The translations under genes and the position numbers were made by a program. The notes under the pieces are model-generated. The model was not told the origin of the DNA. It made no database searches and saw only the letters and a program-made list of their open reading frames with translations. From Eledone cirrhosa (lineage: Eukaryota): a stretch of DNA of 64,000 bases. This document shows, piece after piece, positions 1 to 15,403 of this stretch. Positions within the stretch are counted from its first letter, which is position 1, and each line of letters opens with the position of its first letter. The stretch spans positions 41,416,001-41,480,000 of the forward strand of contig OZ024745.1 of assembly GCA_964016885.1 (NCBI GenBank), written 5' to 3'.

Positions 1-428
1 CGGTCACTTAACTTTGGCAGACCTCAACACATTTGCACTCGTGCTCTGAGGTAAGCTGTCTTAGCACCCATCTCGCGCAGACTTTCTGGAAGCCGAGCTA
101 GTCATGCATGATTTGATAGGCTGAACCATGTCTTATCTGCTGAGAATATACTACCTCATCAATGGTAACTCGTTGGTTGGCAATTTCTCTTCAGCTTGCT
201 GAATCAGTGGTGGAGGTTGATGGGCGTCGTGCTCCTTCTTCGTGCGTCGTACTTGTCCAGCCACTTTTAAACTTCTCGATCCACGTATACACACTTCTGC
301 ATGGTACTGTACCGTTGCCGTACTGTGTTAAAAAGCCTCTGATGAATTGCAACACCTGGCACCTTCCTGAGAAATCGGACCACTGCTATTTGTTCCTCCT
401 TGGTGTCCACTGCTAGCGGAGTGGGCAT
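1..428 (-). pseudogene. mariner transposase N-terminal fragment
   Basis: ATG at 428-426; HTH and WV(P/L)xxL motifs; frameshifted with in-frame stop. Confidence 0.8.
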
Positions 429-602
429 GTTTACACTATAACAGCAGCCAGGAAAATGGCACAACCAAGCTGAACCTTAGATCACGTGACTACAATATTG
501 CCAACTATGAGGATGCATGAATAGAAGGCAGTGAGATACATATATTTAGGTTACTAAATATATGTTATAGCGAAAGTGCGGTAAACGTTTTACTCACCCT
601 CG
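1..602 (-). mobile_element. Tc1/mariner DNA transposon, left end (TIR plus degraded transposase N-terminus; runs off window)
   Basis: Minus strand begins TA-CGAGGGTGAGTAAAACGTTTACCGCAC (TIR-like, TA at 603-604). Translation gives 'KEEQIAVVRFL..VPGVAIHQRL' (mariner HTH), 'WIEKFKSG', 'EEGARRPSTS' and 'GFQKVCARWVLRQLT' (WVPHEL-like motif), with frameshifts and stops. Confidence 0.85.
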
Positions 603-1430
603 TATATATATATGTTTACAGTAAAGGAATACAGTACATGCCATGACATCTCTCTCTCTCCTCCCACCCCCTCTGTCTTCCACGTGGTTTTTCACACAAT
701 AGTTGTTTTGTAAGTGTACATATGTTGAATCTATTATTTTTTTTTTTAAGTATTGTTTGATGTTTCTGTCATTTCTGTTATTTCTTGTTTATCAATTTCT
801 GTGTACTTATGTTATTGTATTAATTCAGAAACCCATTGACAACATCACATCTCACGACAATTTCATACATTCATTTGTAATGTGCCTAACACGTCCAGTT
901 AAACTTCCAAATTATTTGTATTCAATAAACATTTATTTTCCATAAATAAACAGCAAAAACATAGCAGTAACCAACTATATGTTTTAAGTTTAAGAAGATA
1001 TCTCAATTACGATGGATAGACAAAATGGTTAACTCGTTGTCATGATGAGTAGACAGCGATTTTGGTGCATAATACCACATCACTTTCTGTCGATATAACG
1101 GTGGTAAAAGGCAGGAGAGCGACCGAGAAAAACAGATGTTTGAACAGCAACCAACGCAAAATGAAATATGACGCTTGATGATTGGTATTCAAGTCAACGC
1201 TCAGTTTTATAGTCAAAAGGCTATCTTTGAAAGCTAGCAATGTAATCTGTAATGTCCAGCATGAGCCAGTAACTTCCTTCGAAAATATTATTATGGCCGG
1301 GCCTAAACCATTGACGTGGATTAGGCCAGTAATTATATAGAGTTAAGTGAGACGTCATCTGTGACATTTCCTCGAGATATTTCATCAATGCTTAAGTAAT
1401 TCGATATATATATATATGCGTGTGTGTGTC

Positions 1431-1517
<87 letters not shown>

Positions 1518-1541
1518 ATGTATGTATATATAGGTATATAT

Positions 1542-1578
<37 letters not shown>

Positions 1579-2241
1579 TGTTTACATTCTCATTTTCCCT
1601 CCTTAATTGAAACTAAATATTATACTTTATAAAAATATATATGTATATATATATATATGTATGAAGAAATGTTCTTTAGAAATATATATCGATATATATA
1701 GAAATAAATATTATTTCATTCCATCTTTCGTTCATAATTTCGACATTTCACAAAGTAATGGAAAGAAAACATAGAATAAAGAGAACTAAACAGTATTTAT
1801 GATGGCGTTTTGGTAGCTGTTCTTTTCTTGTTTTTGTTTTTCTTGTTTCATTTCGTCGTTTTTTATTCGGCTCCTCTACTTTGAAGAAAATTGATCTAAA
1901 TAATATGATCTAAATAGCCTGTCTGACAGTTGTGCTATACGAGTAAACGAAACATTTAGGTGACTTATTTGAAAGATTCATGGAGGTAATTTGTGTATTA
2001 TAGCTTGAAAATAGATGAAAGTAAGTAGATATCAAACGGAATGGAAGCATTAACAAACACACAAACAACACACAAAAATGGAGAATATAAATATATTTCC
2101 AAACAGCAATATAAATATATATATGTGTGTGTATGTATATAAACATATACATATACATATATGTATATGCATACATATATAATTGTGTGTGTGTGTGTAT
2201 GCGTGTGCGCGCGTAGCTATATATATATATATATATGTCTA

Positions 2242-2299
<58 letters not shown>

Positions 2300-2359
2300 A
2301 TGTATAAGTATATATATACATATGTGTGTATGTATATATAAATATGAATAGTATTTATA

Positions 2360-2930
2360 TATAAGTATGTATACGTACATACTATATGTATACAGACGTA
2401 CAGTAGTATGTATATATATATATGCATACATGCACACATATATATATATGTACGTATGGATTCACCGAACATTTATTATAATGCTCGGTGTGTTTGTAAA
2501 CAAACATCCCGAATTAAGCCGTACAGTGTCTAGCAACCATCGTTGCTCATTTGTTCAACACTGACAAAGGAATGCTGTACTAGTTTCAAGCTTATTAGCT
2601 ATCATCAGCAACGTATACCTTCCTGCCAGATGATTGAACGTCTGAAAGTATATACTTTCCTTATGCATATTAACGGCTGAGCAGCCTAATTTGCATATCG
2701 AGTGAGTTAGTCGGCCGGGGGTACCGAAACGACAAACGGAAAAAATAAAACGAAATTTCATTTCTCACTCTTAGTACGGCTGTTACTTAAATATAAGTAT
2801 GTATACGTACATACATATATGTATACAGACGTACAGTAGTATGTATATATATATACATACATGCACACATATATATATATGTACGTATGGATTCACCGAA
2901 CATTTATTATAATGTTTGGTTTGTTTGTAT
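2360..2930 (-). mobile_element. Family A non-autonomous HHR-bearing element (retrozyme/PLE-like), about 1.3 tandem monomers of ~430 bp
   Basis: Homologous to 22690-23215, 26944-27470, 41968-43372 and 60638-61493. Segment 2363-2500 is repeated at 2795-2930. Contains an HHR at 2574-2612. Confidence 0.8.
2574..2612 (-). ncRNA. minimal type I hammerhead ribozyme (family A)
   Basis: Revcomp GTTG-CTGATGA-T AGCT AATA AGCT T-GAAA-CTAG-TA-CAGC; stem I GUUG/CAGC, palindromic stem III ACTAGT. Confidence 0.75.
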
Positions 2931-3026
2931 ATCTATAGGTATATAGACGGAGAGAGATAGAGGGAGACGTGTATATATATATACACGTTTATGTATATAT
3001 ATATATATTTATATATATATATATAA

Positions 3027-3583
3027 ATTAGGTAGTAACATGTGCTTATGCCGTATTTGACTAAGTAGAATTAGTCTCTTAGTTGATATTTAAAAAAAAC
3101 TCTCTGAATGGAAAAAAAGGACTATTGACGTACTTGGTACACGAACCCACATCTTTGGTTTGCCGGATCGATGTGTTACCATTACACCAACACACCACCC
3201 ATGCTTCCGTCCATTCAATTAGAAGCTATATAAACATAGCAGGTATATATATATATGTATATGAATAGGGAGATAATACTCATCCTTCTTTCCATTCAGA
3301 GGGTTTTTAAAAACAGACGTTTCTAAATAAAGGCTGCTTTGTGTCTCCCTATTTATATACATATACATCTGCTATGGTTATATAGGTTCTAATGGAATAG
3401 AAGGAAGCATGGGTGCCGTACTGGTGTGATTGTAACATATTGATCTGACAAACCAAACACCTGGGTTCGTGTCCCATGTCCGTTAATACTCATCCTATTT
3501 TTTTCATTCAGAGGCCTTTTTAAAATCCCAACAGACTATTTCTATTTAGTCAAATACGGCGTAAGCACATGTTACTACCTATT
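3027..3583. mobile_element. diverged foldback/MITE-like element with ~220-bp imperfect inverted arms
   Basis: 3027-3250 (taggtagtaacatgtgcttatgccgtatttgactaa...) is the reverse complement of 3357-3583 (...ttagtcaaatacggcgtaagcacatgttactaccta); flanked by (TA)n. Confidence 0.65.
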
Positions 3584-3672
3584 TTTATATATATATTTAC
3601 ATATACATACCACACACACACGCATATATATATATATATATATATATATAGCCGCAACTTGGTCGTGTGTAG

Positions 3673-3704
<32 letters not shown>

Positions 3705-3744
3705 TAGATATATTTATTAGTTACATATACACAAACACTTCTAT

Positions 3745-3777
<33 letters not shown>

Positions 3778-3948
3778 CGTTTTAATATAGATGAGAATCT
3801 CATCTATATTAAAACTTTTATACTCTGCTATGTATTGAGTACCTTACTTACTGTGGTTACCTCCGATTCAACCCGGAATAACGTAGATATATATATATAT
3901 ATATATCCTAGATATATTTATTAGTTACATATACACAGACACTTCTAT

Positions 3949-4001
<53 letters not shown>

Positions 4002-4040
4002 ATATTAATAAATGGAAACTATATTTATAAAACCATAATT

Positions 4041-4103
4041 ATTTTATTATATATATTTCAAGGACAACCAAGGCATTCTTGGTGCGCTTTCATCAGATAA
4101 AAT
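4041..4103 (-). ncRNA. type I hammerhead ribozyme (family C)
   Basis: Revcomp ATTTTAT-CTGATGA-AAG cgc ACCAAG aatgc CTTGGT tgtc CTT-GAAA-TATATA-TA-ATAAAAT. Confidence 0.7.
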
Positions 4104-4189
4104 ACAAGATTTGTGTTATAAATATTGACATAACCGTGGAAAAAAACAACCTTGACGGTTGAAAGTTCACTGGATAGTCACTGGATATT

Positions 4190-4249
4190 TTTTATCTGAT
4201 GAAAGCGCACCAAGATGCCTTCGTTGTCCTTGAAATATATATAATAAAA
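4190..4249 (+). ncRNA. type I hammerhead ribozyme (family C)
   Basis: TTTTAT-CTGATGA-AAG...CTT-GAAA-TATATA-TA-ATAAAA; intact core. Confidence 0.7.
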
Positions 4250-4384
4250 TAATTATGGTTTTATAAATATAGTTTCCATTTATTAATATATTGAATATTT
4301 ACTGAGTATTTGTTGAGTGCTTTATGTCAGTTATAAACTTTTAAGCTTGTTGGAATCCCAACAAATTAATATAACTTCTGCATA

Positions 4385-4445
<61 letters not shown>

Positions 4446-4446
4446 C

Positions 4447-4487
<41 letters not shown>

Positions 4488-5099
4488 ATAGCTACACACT
4501 CACGAGCCAGTTGTGGGTATCTTTTATATGCGAAAAGTGATGCCCTGCATGCGCCAAAATTCAGCTAAAAGACATTTAGCACACTCCTATTTGGTGCGTT
4601 TTTGGTGTCTATATGTGGTGTATGCAAACATTTCTGTGAGAGTGTGTTCCAGTAAGTTCTAATGATCTATATAAATCTACATATTCACGCATACAGACAC
4701 CTAGTCAATGTGCGCATAAACATAAACATACACAGGTATATATAAAAATATATATCTAAATAAAACATGTATAAATGGAATGGCAATACGCTGTCCTATA
4801 GCAGTTCTCTCCACACAAATATGAAAATATATGAGTTCAATGTATTATGCACACGTACTTGGGCTGATACACTACCCGCAGACGTCAGCGAGGGTAAATA
4901 TATATGTATATATAAACGGAGTGATATAAGGTGATGTGATTTCGCATACCACAGGATAAACATATTTTGTATTCCGACCACCATGCTGTAAAGTTCGAAA
5001 CAAGGGATGATATTGACAACATTTTAAATCATATAAAAACATATTGTAAAGAATGTTATGAACAAGAGTTTGCTAATTGCCTATCCAGCTTGATAGCTA

Positions 5100-5137
<38 letters not shown>

Positions 5138-5141
<4 letters not shown>

Positions 5142-5958
5142 TGCCTTTTAATCGTATAGCCTTGTTTAATTGGTTTTTTGTGTGGTTGATTATGCTGATT
5201 GGGAGAGGAAATACTTATATATTTTATCAAATAATTCTATGGACGTACTTTATTGTATATTGCTCTGATTGTTGATTATTTAATTAATTAATTCGTCATT
5301 GAGCCTCATCGTGAATGGTCGCCAAAAACGCATATATATATATCTATGACTTTTTCTAGTTTATGTGTATGTAAATCTTTATATTTGATAATCTCCCATA
5401 TGGTTGAAATGCAATTTAGGCAGTTTTAGGCTGCGCTTTCTAGCAACCAGCCCACTCGCCGTAAGGCACCAATCACATTCTTTCTGACTTGACCACTAGC
5501 CACGTCACAGTTCTTAGCCATTTTGAATTCGTTTCTGGCGGGGATCATTTAAGAAAAATCTTCGTCCAATTGAGTTTGTTTCCTGGTGATTTCGAAACTC
5601 GTGAATTTATCCTTGATCGGATATTTCCAAAAAGCGAATGAAACCTCATGGGGTAGAAACATAATTTTGGTATGCTTATATACATTTTTTCTTCTAACTT
5701 TGATTTTGTACCTAATTGTGTATGGTTGACGATATATCTAATCGATTTCCACGTGTTATTAGAAATGCTGGGTAAATATTCTATAACTGTTGATTGCGGA
5801 TAGATAGCTATCGTTTATTTATCTATTATTTCTTCATAGGTGCCTTTTAATCTTATAGCCTTGTTTAATTGTTTTTTTTTTTTGTGTGTGGTTGATTATG
5901 CTGATTGGGAGAGGAAATACTGTATATATTTTATCAAATGATTCTATGGACGTACTTT

Positions 5959-5962
<4 letters not shown>
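5138..5962 (+). mobile_element. Family B non-autonomous HHR element, ~700-bp monomer with ~125-bp terminal direct repeat
   Basis: 5138-5256 repeated at 5837-5962; diverged homologue in the opposite orientation at 12352-13236; flanked by (TA)n. Confidence 0.75.
5577..5661 (+). ncRNA. type I hammerhead ribozyme, core variant CUGGUGA (probably inactivated; family B)
   Basis: TGTTTC-CTGGTGA-tTTCG...CGAAt-GAAA-CCTCATGGGG-TA-GAAACA; 6-bp stem I, near-palindromic stem III. Confidence 0.65.
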
Positions 5963-6009
<47 letters not shown>

Positions 6010-6207
6010 ATCCTTTTTTTTTACATTCGGGTTTTTTTTTTAGATTGCAAATCAAATAACATGCTAATTCAGAGAGAGACGGAGAAAGTGTGTCTGTATG
6101 TGATAGATAGATAGATACGTTGATAGAAACTGTAATATTGAAAACATATCAATAGCTCGTTCTTTATTTTTTTTTAAACATAAACCCGCAAAAAGAAACT
6201 GATATAC

Positions 6208-6280
<73 letters not shown>

Positions 6281-6299
6281 TATATATAGATATATATAT

Positions 6300-6376
<77 letters not shown>

Positions 6377-6455
6377 TAGATATATATAGATATATAGATA
6401 TATAGATATATAGATATATATATATAGATATATAGATATAGATATATATATATAT

Positions 6456-6510
<55 letters not shown>

Positions 6511-6517
6511 TATATAT

Positions 6518-6803
<286 letters not shown>

Positions 6804-7046
6804 TTAATTTCAAAGCTCGCTCGCTGTTTCAAAACTTACTTTATATGTATACACACACACACATATATATATGTGGGGTGGTGGGGGTAGATTAAGAGAC
6901 TAAGATAAGTAGACATGTGTGCGCGTGCGTGTTTGTATGACGCGACATTGTATATACATATGTATCAGTACATATATATATATATATATATATATACTTA
7001 TACATATATACATACATATATATACTTATATATATATATATATACT

Positions 7047-7077
<31 letters not shown>

Positions 7078-7128
7078 TTATACATATACATGTATGCATA
7101 TACATATATATATACACACATACATACA

Positions 7129-7204
<76 letters not shown>

Positions 7205-7600
7205 CAGATAGATAGATAGATAGATAGCAAGGTGTACATTTATGATTGCGTGTATTAGTGTTATTCTGAAATGAGAGATGGATGGAAATACGCAGATAGA
7301 CAGTCAGATTTGTGTAGTTCGGTAAAAATAAAATCTACAATGATATAGGAGATGAGGTGGGAGAGATGGAGAGATAAAGCAGAAAATAGTAACTGTATGA
7401 ATATATTCTGTGCCAAAGTACATTTGACCAAACATGTAAGTTTTCACTTTGGTTATAAATGGATGTAAAAGTTGAAGAACAAAAACTAAAATGTAAAAAA
7501 ATGATGAAATACATACACATCGGCTCAAATGTTTACAAACATTCTTTATATATACAATCACACCAAAGCACGCACACACACAAACATATATATATATATA

Positions 7601-7790
7601 TAACAAAGGAATTGTGGTAAGGAACCAGATGGAGCATAACGCACCAGTGTCCTCAATACTTAGGGTAGTAGAGTGGGAAATAGGAAAAATTATGACCCCG
7701 ACGGCAGACCTAAAGCCGTTTAGACGGCTATTACTGGACATAAATAGCCGTCAAAACGGCTTGAGCTCTGCCGTCGGGGTCATACTTTTT

Positions 7791-7795
<5 letters not shown>
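7601..7795 (+). mobile_element. short palindromic repeat family (~115-bp hairpin with 5' leader)
   Basis: Hairpin ataggaaaa.tatgaccccgacggcaga...tctgccgtcggggtcatactttttcctat; related copies at 43394-43525, 52966-53075 and 61514-61555, all abutting (TA)n. Confidence 0.7.
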
Positions 7796-7834
<39 letters not shown>

Positions 7835-7837
7835 TAT

Positions 7838-7869
<32 letters not shown>

Positions 7870-7876
7870 TTATGTG

Positions 7877-7911
<35 letters not shown>

Positions 7912-7954
7912 GTGTATGTATATATATATATATATATATATATAAATGTGTATG

Positions 7955-8002
<48 letters not shown>

Positions 8003-8012
8003 AATGTGTATG

Positions 8013-8073
<61 letters not shown>

Positions 8074-8080
8074 GTGTATG

Positions 8081-8184
<104 letters not shown>

Positions 8185-8379
8185 CGTGTGTGTTAGTGTG
8201 TGTGAATGCTTTGGTGTGTATATATATATATATATATATATGTATACGTGTGTGTGTGTGGGTGTATCTGTTTCTAAATACGTGTATGAATATGCGTATT
8301 TACAGTACATGTATCAATTTATATCTGTATTTCATATATATGTGAGCTTGTGTGTGTATGTTTTTGCATACATATATGC

Positions 8380-8463
<84 letters not shown>

Positions 8464-8605
8464 CACATATATATATACATTATATATATACATATATATA
8501 TACATATATATATATGTGTATACATATATATATACATATATACATATATATATACATATATACATATATATATACATATACATATATATATATATACATA
8601 TATAT

Positions 8606-8653
<48 letters not shown>

Positions 8654-9195
8654 ATGTATATGTGTATATATACACACGTACATGCATACATATGTTGAGA
8701 GAGATTGAGTGAAGTGAGTGGCTGAATGAGAGAGGGAGAGGGATATAGATTAATAAAGTATGACATACTGTATACAAACGGAATAAAGTCATTCTCTAAT
8801 ATATATCCGGAAACGGAAGTATGCTCTCAAATAATCTATCCGCTGAAAATAGATTTATCTGGCGTTTGTATCTATTTCAGGTTATATCAGACGCTTTGGA
8901 TATCTATCAGATATGCAAGAAGTAACATTTTGTGCTTTTCAAACAGAAATGATATTTCATCGAACAATTTTTTAAAGTATTTCTTATATACTGGGTTTTT
9001 GTAGTCAACGATTTGGGCTTATGTTTTTTCTTTCTTTGATTATCTTTTTGCTTTAAGTTTGTCATGCATATTTCATTGATGGATGCCGATGTATATTTTG
9101 CTTTATATATGCGACATTTGGTAAGGATTCGTAGTTCAAATAATTTATAAGTCTTCTCTTGTGTACAATTCGATAACGCATCTTACATTTGTATG

Positions 9196-9348
<153 letters not shown>

Positions 9349-9462
9349 TTGGGGAAGAGATAAAGAACACGAGAAAAAGATTTCAGAGAACTGCATACGT
9401 ACATACATACATACATACATACATACATACATACATACATACATACATACATACATACATAC

Positions 9463-10810
9463 ATGACGATAGACGAAATCCGAGCAGTTGATGTTGGAAT
9501 TCGAAAAATACTAAACAACACCGGAAACTTCGACATCAACAGTGACATAGACCGCCTTTACTTGAAACGTAAGCATGGAGGCAGAGGCCTAACATCAGTC
9601 CAGACAGCATTTGAATGTCGCATTATATCCCTCCGGCAACATCTACGAACCTCTACGCGTAGGAGCCCGTCTCTCAAGCAAGTCTATCTGCATTAAACAG
9701 ATAAGATCATATCGAGAGATATTCCCTGTGTGGTAATCAAAACCTCACACCGAGGGAAGTCGCTCAGCAGTATCGCAGTGAATCCATGGATGAAAAACTG
9801 CATGTTTATCAGCAGAAAATCATTCATGGGTATGTTGCCAGGAAGCTCCAGAGTAACAGTAATATAGATAAGGAAAGTAGTCTATTTTGGACCAACAACC
9901 GCTATATTGGCTCCCACTTTCAAGGATACGCTTTTGCAATCCAAGAACAGGAGATTAACACGAAATACCTGATTCACAAAAGAGATAGGGATGCAGGCAA
10001 AACACCTAGATGTGATTACATGTGCAGACTGTGCAGAACTAACATCGAGGATATCACCCATGTCATCAGCAGCTGTCCAAAGATGTCATTGCAGTACTAT
10101 CTACCTATGAGGCATGATGTAGTGGCCAAAACACTGTACAATGCAGTTTGTAAAAACGATAGCCCCAATAATAAACACATTAAAAGCTACACCAATGTGG
10201 AAGACATCCACATACATAATATGAAAGAGTACTGGTGGAATGTTCCAGTAAAAACCCCAATAAAATGCAGGCATAACAGACCAGATATTATGATATGGGA
10301 CAGGGAGAAGAAAGCATGCACAGTAGTGGAAATTAGCTGCCCAGCAGATACCAATATAATATCAATGATTAGCGAAAAGGAGAATATTTATGCAGAACTG
10401 ATGAGGAATCTGCAGATACTCCACCCTGATTACACCTTCAGATTTATGCCTGTGATTATTGGGGCACTGGGGTATGTTAGTAACTGCCTCAATACAAATC
10501 TTGAGAAGCTAGGCTTCACAGGAACAGAAAGAGGAAATTACAAGTACAATCCGTTAATGGAATAGTAAAAATATGTAAAACATTCCAAACATTTTGCGTA
10601 ATAACTGCATACAGATACAAAGCATATATACATGCACACATACAGATCCACAAATACAATAACATCCATACCTACAGATGCATGCAGACATGCATACATA
10701 TCTACCTAGTTGATGTTGTGTAAATTCCAATGGGAGAGTCTTGTGTCTATGTTAGAAACCGACACTCTCTCTATTGGGAAAAAATGTGTGAAATTATAAA
10801 ACCAGAAGAA
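9463..10810 (+). mobile_element. 5'-truncated R4/Dong-like non-LTR retrotransposon (RT C-terminus, CCHC finger, RLE endonuclease, 3' UTR)
   Basis: Motifs 'SDIDRLYLKRKHGGRGL', 'CRLC..EDITHVISSCP..RHDVVA', 'HNRPDIMIWD', 'VEISCP', 'PVIIGALG'; stop and frameshift present; preceded by (TACA)n. Confidence 0.9.
9786..10565 (+). pseudogene. R4/Dong-like ORF C-terminus (zinc knuckle plus restriction-like endonuclease)
   Basis: 259-aa ORF with CxxC-H-C, RH and PD..E motifs. Confidence 0.85.
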
Positions 10811-12138
10811 CATACATATATTACTTAGGTTTTACAAGAGACAATTTTGTTTTTGGCTTGATGAAAACCTCCTAGCAAAAATTATCAAGCATTAATAAAC
10901 GCAAATGTAATTTACTAAAAACATTTTATAGTAGGTCTTTCCATATAGTTTTCTTACTATCTTTTGTGTATCACGAAAGACAGAGAGACAGACACGTATG
11001 TATCATGTTACACTTAGAAACGGCTGTAGGTTAAAGCAACGAATTGGCATGATCGCTGGGAACGTCAGATAAAATGCCCTGTTTATAAGTGCCAACTCTC
11101 TTCCCGCTGAATTCATATCTTGCAGTGATGACCAGGATTTCACCTCTCCGGGGAAATGAGTTGGTGCAATTATTTAAGAGTCAATTAAGATGGCTTACGG
11201 TATATGTTCCAACATTCTGGATTCCTAGTTTAAATTTCACTTAAAGATTCACTTCCCACCTATGGCCAGAGCGAATCACCCAAACACGGAACAACCGATT
11301 ATGAATGTTGAAATAGGTGAAGAAGGATAATGGCCATCTGCTACCTTATATGGACGGTGATAATGATGAGGATATGCTTGAAGGCATAAATGTCTTTACG
11401 TGAAGTCATAACGAATTTTCATCTCTTCTCTTTCAGATATAGCAACTTAGGGTCAAGGTCGTCAATTCTAAATCAAACATAACAACGACTGCCACAAACC
11501 TAGTAGGCTTTTAGATAAATTCTCTATTCTATGGTGAGGGTCATTTCTGCTTTGTTTTCAAAAGCTAGGTATATTTTTCAAAATGTGTTATATGTCATTT
11601 ATTGTTGAACCTAAACGAATGGATATGCCTTAAATATGATTTCGGCCAGCCCAATATATAATTTTACTGCACAAAGTACAACCGCTTTGTATAGTATGTT
11701 TTGATGAGTATTTTCCATTGGCAACTCAATCCACTTGTGTTAGGCAATTTAAATATTGAAACCCGGAAAAGGAACATCATTACACCGCCTGACTGATCAC
11801 GTAAACGTAAACCTTAAATAATCAACTCAGCCGGATATAATTATATCTCCACTATATATTGCATAATTTCTCTCTTGTTGATTTAAAGATGGATCCTATA
11901 CGAGATCGCTGTGCCTGTTAGAAATAACAGCCAAATCAGATTGATTATTTTCTAATTGTAAATATTTTCGTAATTTACTACAATAAAACGTAACAACGCA
12001 ATGCTGAAACTATTAAAAACAATTTTTACTCAAATCCTCATGTGGAATTGTGTATCTTTATGTAACCCCTTACGCTCTCCTCTTCAGCCACTCACTCTTT
12101 CTCTATAGAACAAAGAAAGTAGCGTTTCACTTCGATTC

Positions 12139-12279
<141 letters not shown>

Positions 12280-12351
12280 TATATGTGCATATGTGTGTAC
12301 GCATATATATATGCATACACACACGCACATTTATATATATATATATAAATA

Positions 12352-13236
12352 TAAAGATTTACATATACATAAAGTCATAGATATATATGTGGCAACCGGT
12401 CACGTTGTGGCTCAATGAAGAATTAATAAATTAAATAATCAGAGCAATATATCATAAATCATGTCCTTAGAATTATTAGATAAAATATATACCATTTCCT
12501 CTCTCAATTAGCATAATTAACCATATAAAAAAATCAATTAGACCAGGCTATAAGAATAAAGGCTCCTATGAAGAAATATTTGATAAATAACCGAAAGCGG
12601 CCTCTTCGCGGTGACCCCAATAGAGTATTTATCCAACATTTCAACAGCATGTAGAAACTGACTAAATATACCATCAACCATACACAATTAGGTGTAAATT
12701 TAAACTTAGAAGAAACGTGTACATACCGTAATTACATCTCTACCATGGTTTCGTCCATATTTTTAGATATCCTATTGTTAGGATGGGCCTAGATTAACAT
12801 ACTCATCAGGAGACAAACTCAAGATTGGACAGTTAATTTTCCAAAGCGATCGCGCCAAAAATAGATTCAAAAATGGGTAAGAATCGTGACGTGGCAGTGG
12901 TCAAGTTAGAAGAATGTGATTAGTTGCTTACGGTGGGTAGGCTGGTTGCTAGAAAGCGCAGCCCAATATCGCCCAATTGTATCTCAACCCAACGGGAGAT
13001 TATTAAATGTAAAGATTTACATATACATAAAGCCATAGATATATATGTAGCAACCGGTCACGTTGTGGCTCAATGAAGAATTAATAAATTAAATAATCAG
13101 AGCAATATATCATAAATCATGTCCTTAGAATTATTAGATAAAATATATACCATTTCCTCTCCCAATTAGCATAATTAACCATATAAAAAATCAATTAGAC
13201 CAGGCTATAAGAATAAAGGCTATAAGAATAAAGGAC
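12352..13236 (-). mobile_element. Family B non-autonomous HHR element, 660-bp monomer with ~210-bp terminal direct repeat
   Basis: 12352-12564 nearly identical to 13012-13222; homologous to revcomp of 5138-5962. Confidence 0.8.
12736..12814 (-). ncRNA. type I hammerhead ribozyme (family B), intact core
   Basis: Revcomp GTCTC-CTGATGA-GT...ATCCTA acaa TAGGAT...AC-GAAA-CCATGG-TA-GAGAT; palindromic stem III ACCATGGT. Confidence 0.8.
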
Positions 13237-13527
13237 ATGATTTATGATATATATATATATATATATACACACACATGGATGGGTGTATCTTGCAGTTTCA
13301 AACCCACCTATCTGTCACGTTTTATTTAGATCGATTTACGGAAGTTATCTGTGTTTGCGCCTGTGCATAGCTCTTGTGGAGTTTGGAACATGGTTTTTGA
13401 GGTGGTTCCGGGAGGTCTTCACGTATCACCTCACATGCATTTTTTTTAAACATAAAGCTTGTAAACGCTCAATATATATACTGGACTACATCTAACTGGA
13501 CTGCCTATAACGATAACCTGTTATCCC

Positions 13528-14174
<647 letters not shown>

Positions 14175-14506
14175 ATTATAAATATATATGTGTCGGTGGT
14201 TCATGTGTGTGTGCGCGCGTGTTTGTGTGTGTGAAAATATACGTACCTTTAATCTGGTAAGGACATGGACCAGTCACAAAAGCATCAAAACGTTTGAGCC
14301 GAATTATGGAATATGAATATTGGAATGCGACATGCCTTAAAGATATAGCAGGTCTTGTTGAATCTGTTTTGTACGCTAGAAAGATGTAAATGAAAGCGAT
14401 GTGATATATAATTTACGGTCAATTTCTATGTAAGCAAATATTTATGAATAATTCAACACATTCAAACGGATGCATAAAGTATGCAGCTATGATTATATAT
14501 ATATAC

Positions 14507-14545
<39 letters not shown>

Positions 14546-15139
14546 GAGTATATATATGTATATAATTACGGCAATTGCATGTATACGAATAATAGAAAGA
14601 CAGAGAGACAGACACAAAGGTTTCTATCTCAATGAAGGCGTATACATTAATAAATACACTTAGATACGTACAATATGTGTACACATATGTTTCAAATTAT
14701 AAATATATGTACACACAAACCCATACACACATACACACATGAACATATATATGTGTGCGTATTATTTGTCCATCTAATGCAAATATTTCTTTTATGAAAA
14801 TATACATAAACATACATATTTATTTATGTGTATACATGATTATAAACGTATACACATATGCGTTTGCTTATATGGATAACTGTTTGAAGATTTTACACAC
14901 ATAAATCCTGCATATATTTACACACAAATATGTGCGTATGATTCTATAAGTATGTGTTTGCCCATGTGTCCATCTATGTGTGTGTCAATCAATCATACCT
15001 TTGTCATATATATATGCATATTCATAGTAAAAAAACACTCACAAACACATATATATATTATATATATTACATATATATATAATATATGTATACACGCACA
15101 TATATATAGTATATTATTACATGCACATACACACACATA

Positions 15140-15198
<59 letters not shown>

Positions 15199-15265
15199 TA
15201 TCTTATTATATATATATATATACAAACATATATGCATATGCATATATAACTTTTATTCTCTTTTA

Positions 15266-15313
<48 letters not shown>

Positions 15314-15345
15314 CTATATATTTATATATATATATATATATATGA

Positions 15346-15403
<58 letters not shown>

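Larger units (their letters stand above)
3998..4293. mobile_element. inverted-repeat element (~110-bp arms) with one hammerhead ribozyme in each arm (family C)
   Basis: 3998-4104 is the revcomp of 4187-4293; the element sits in a (TA)n context. Confidence 0.75.
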
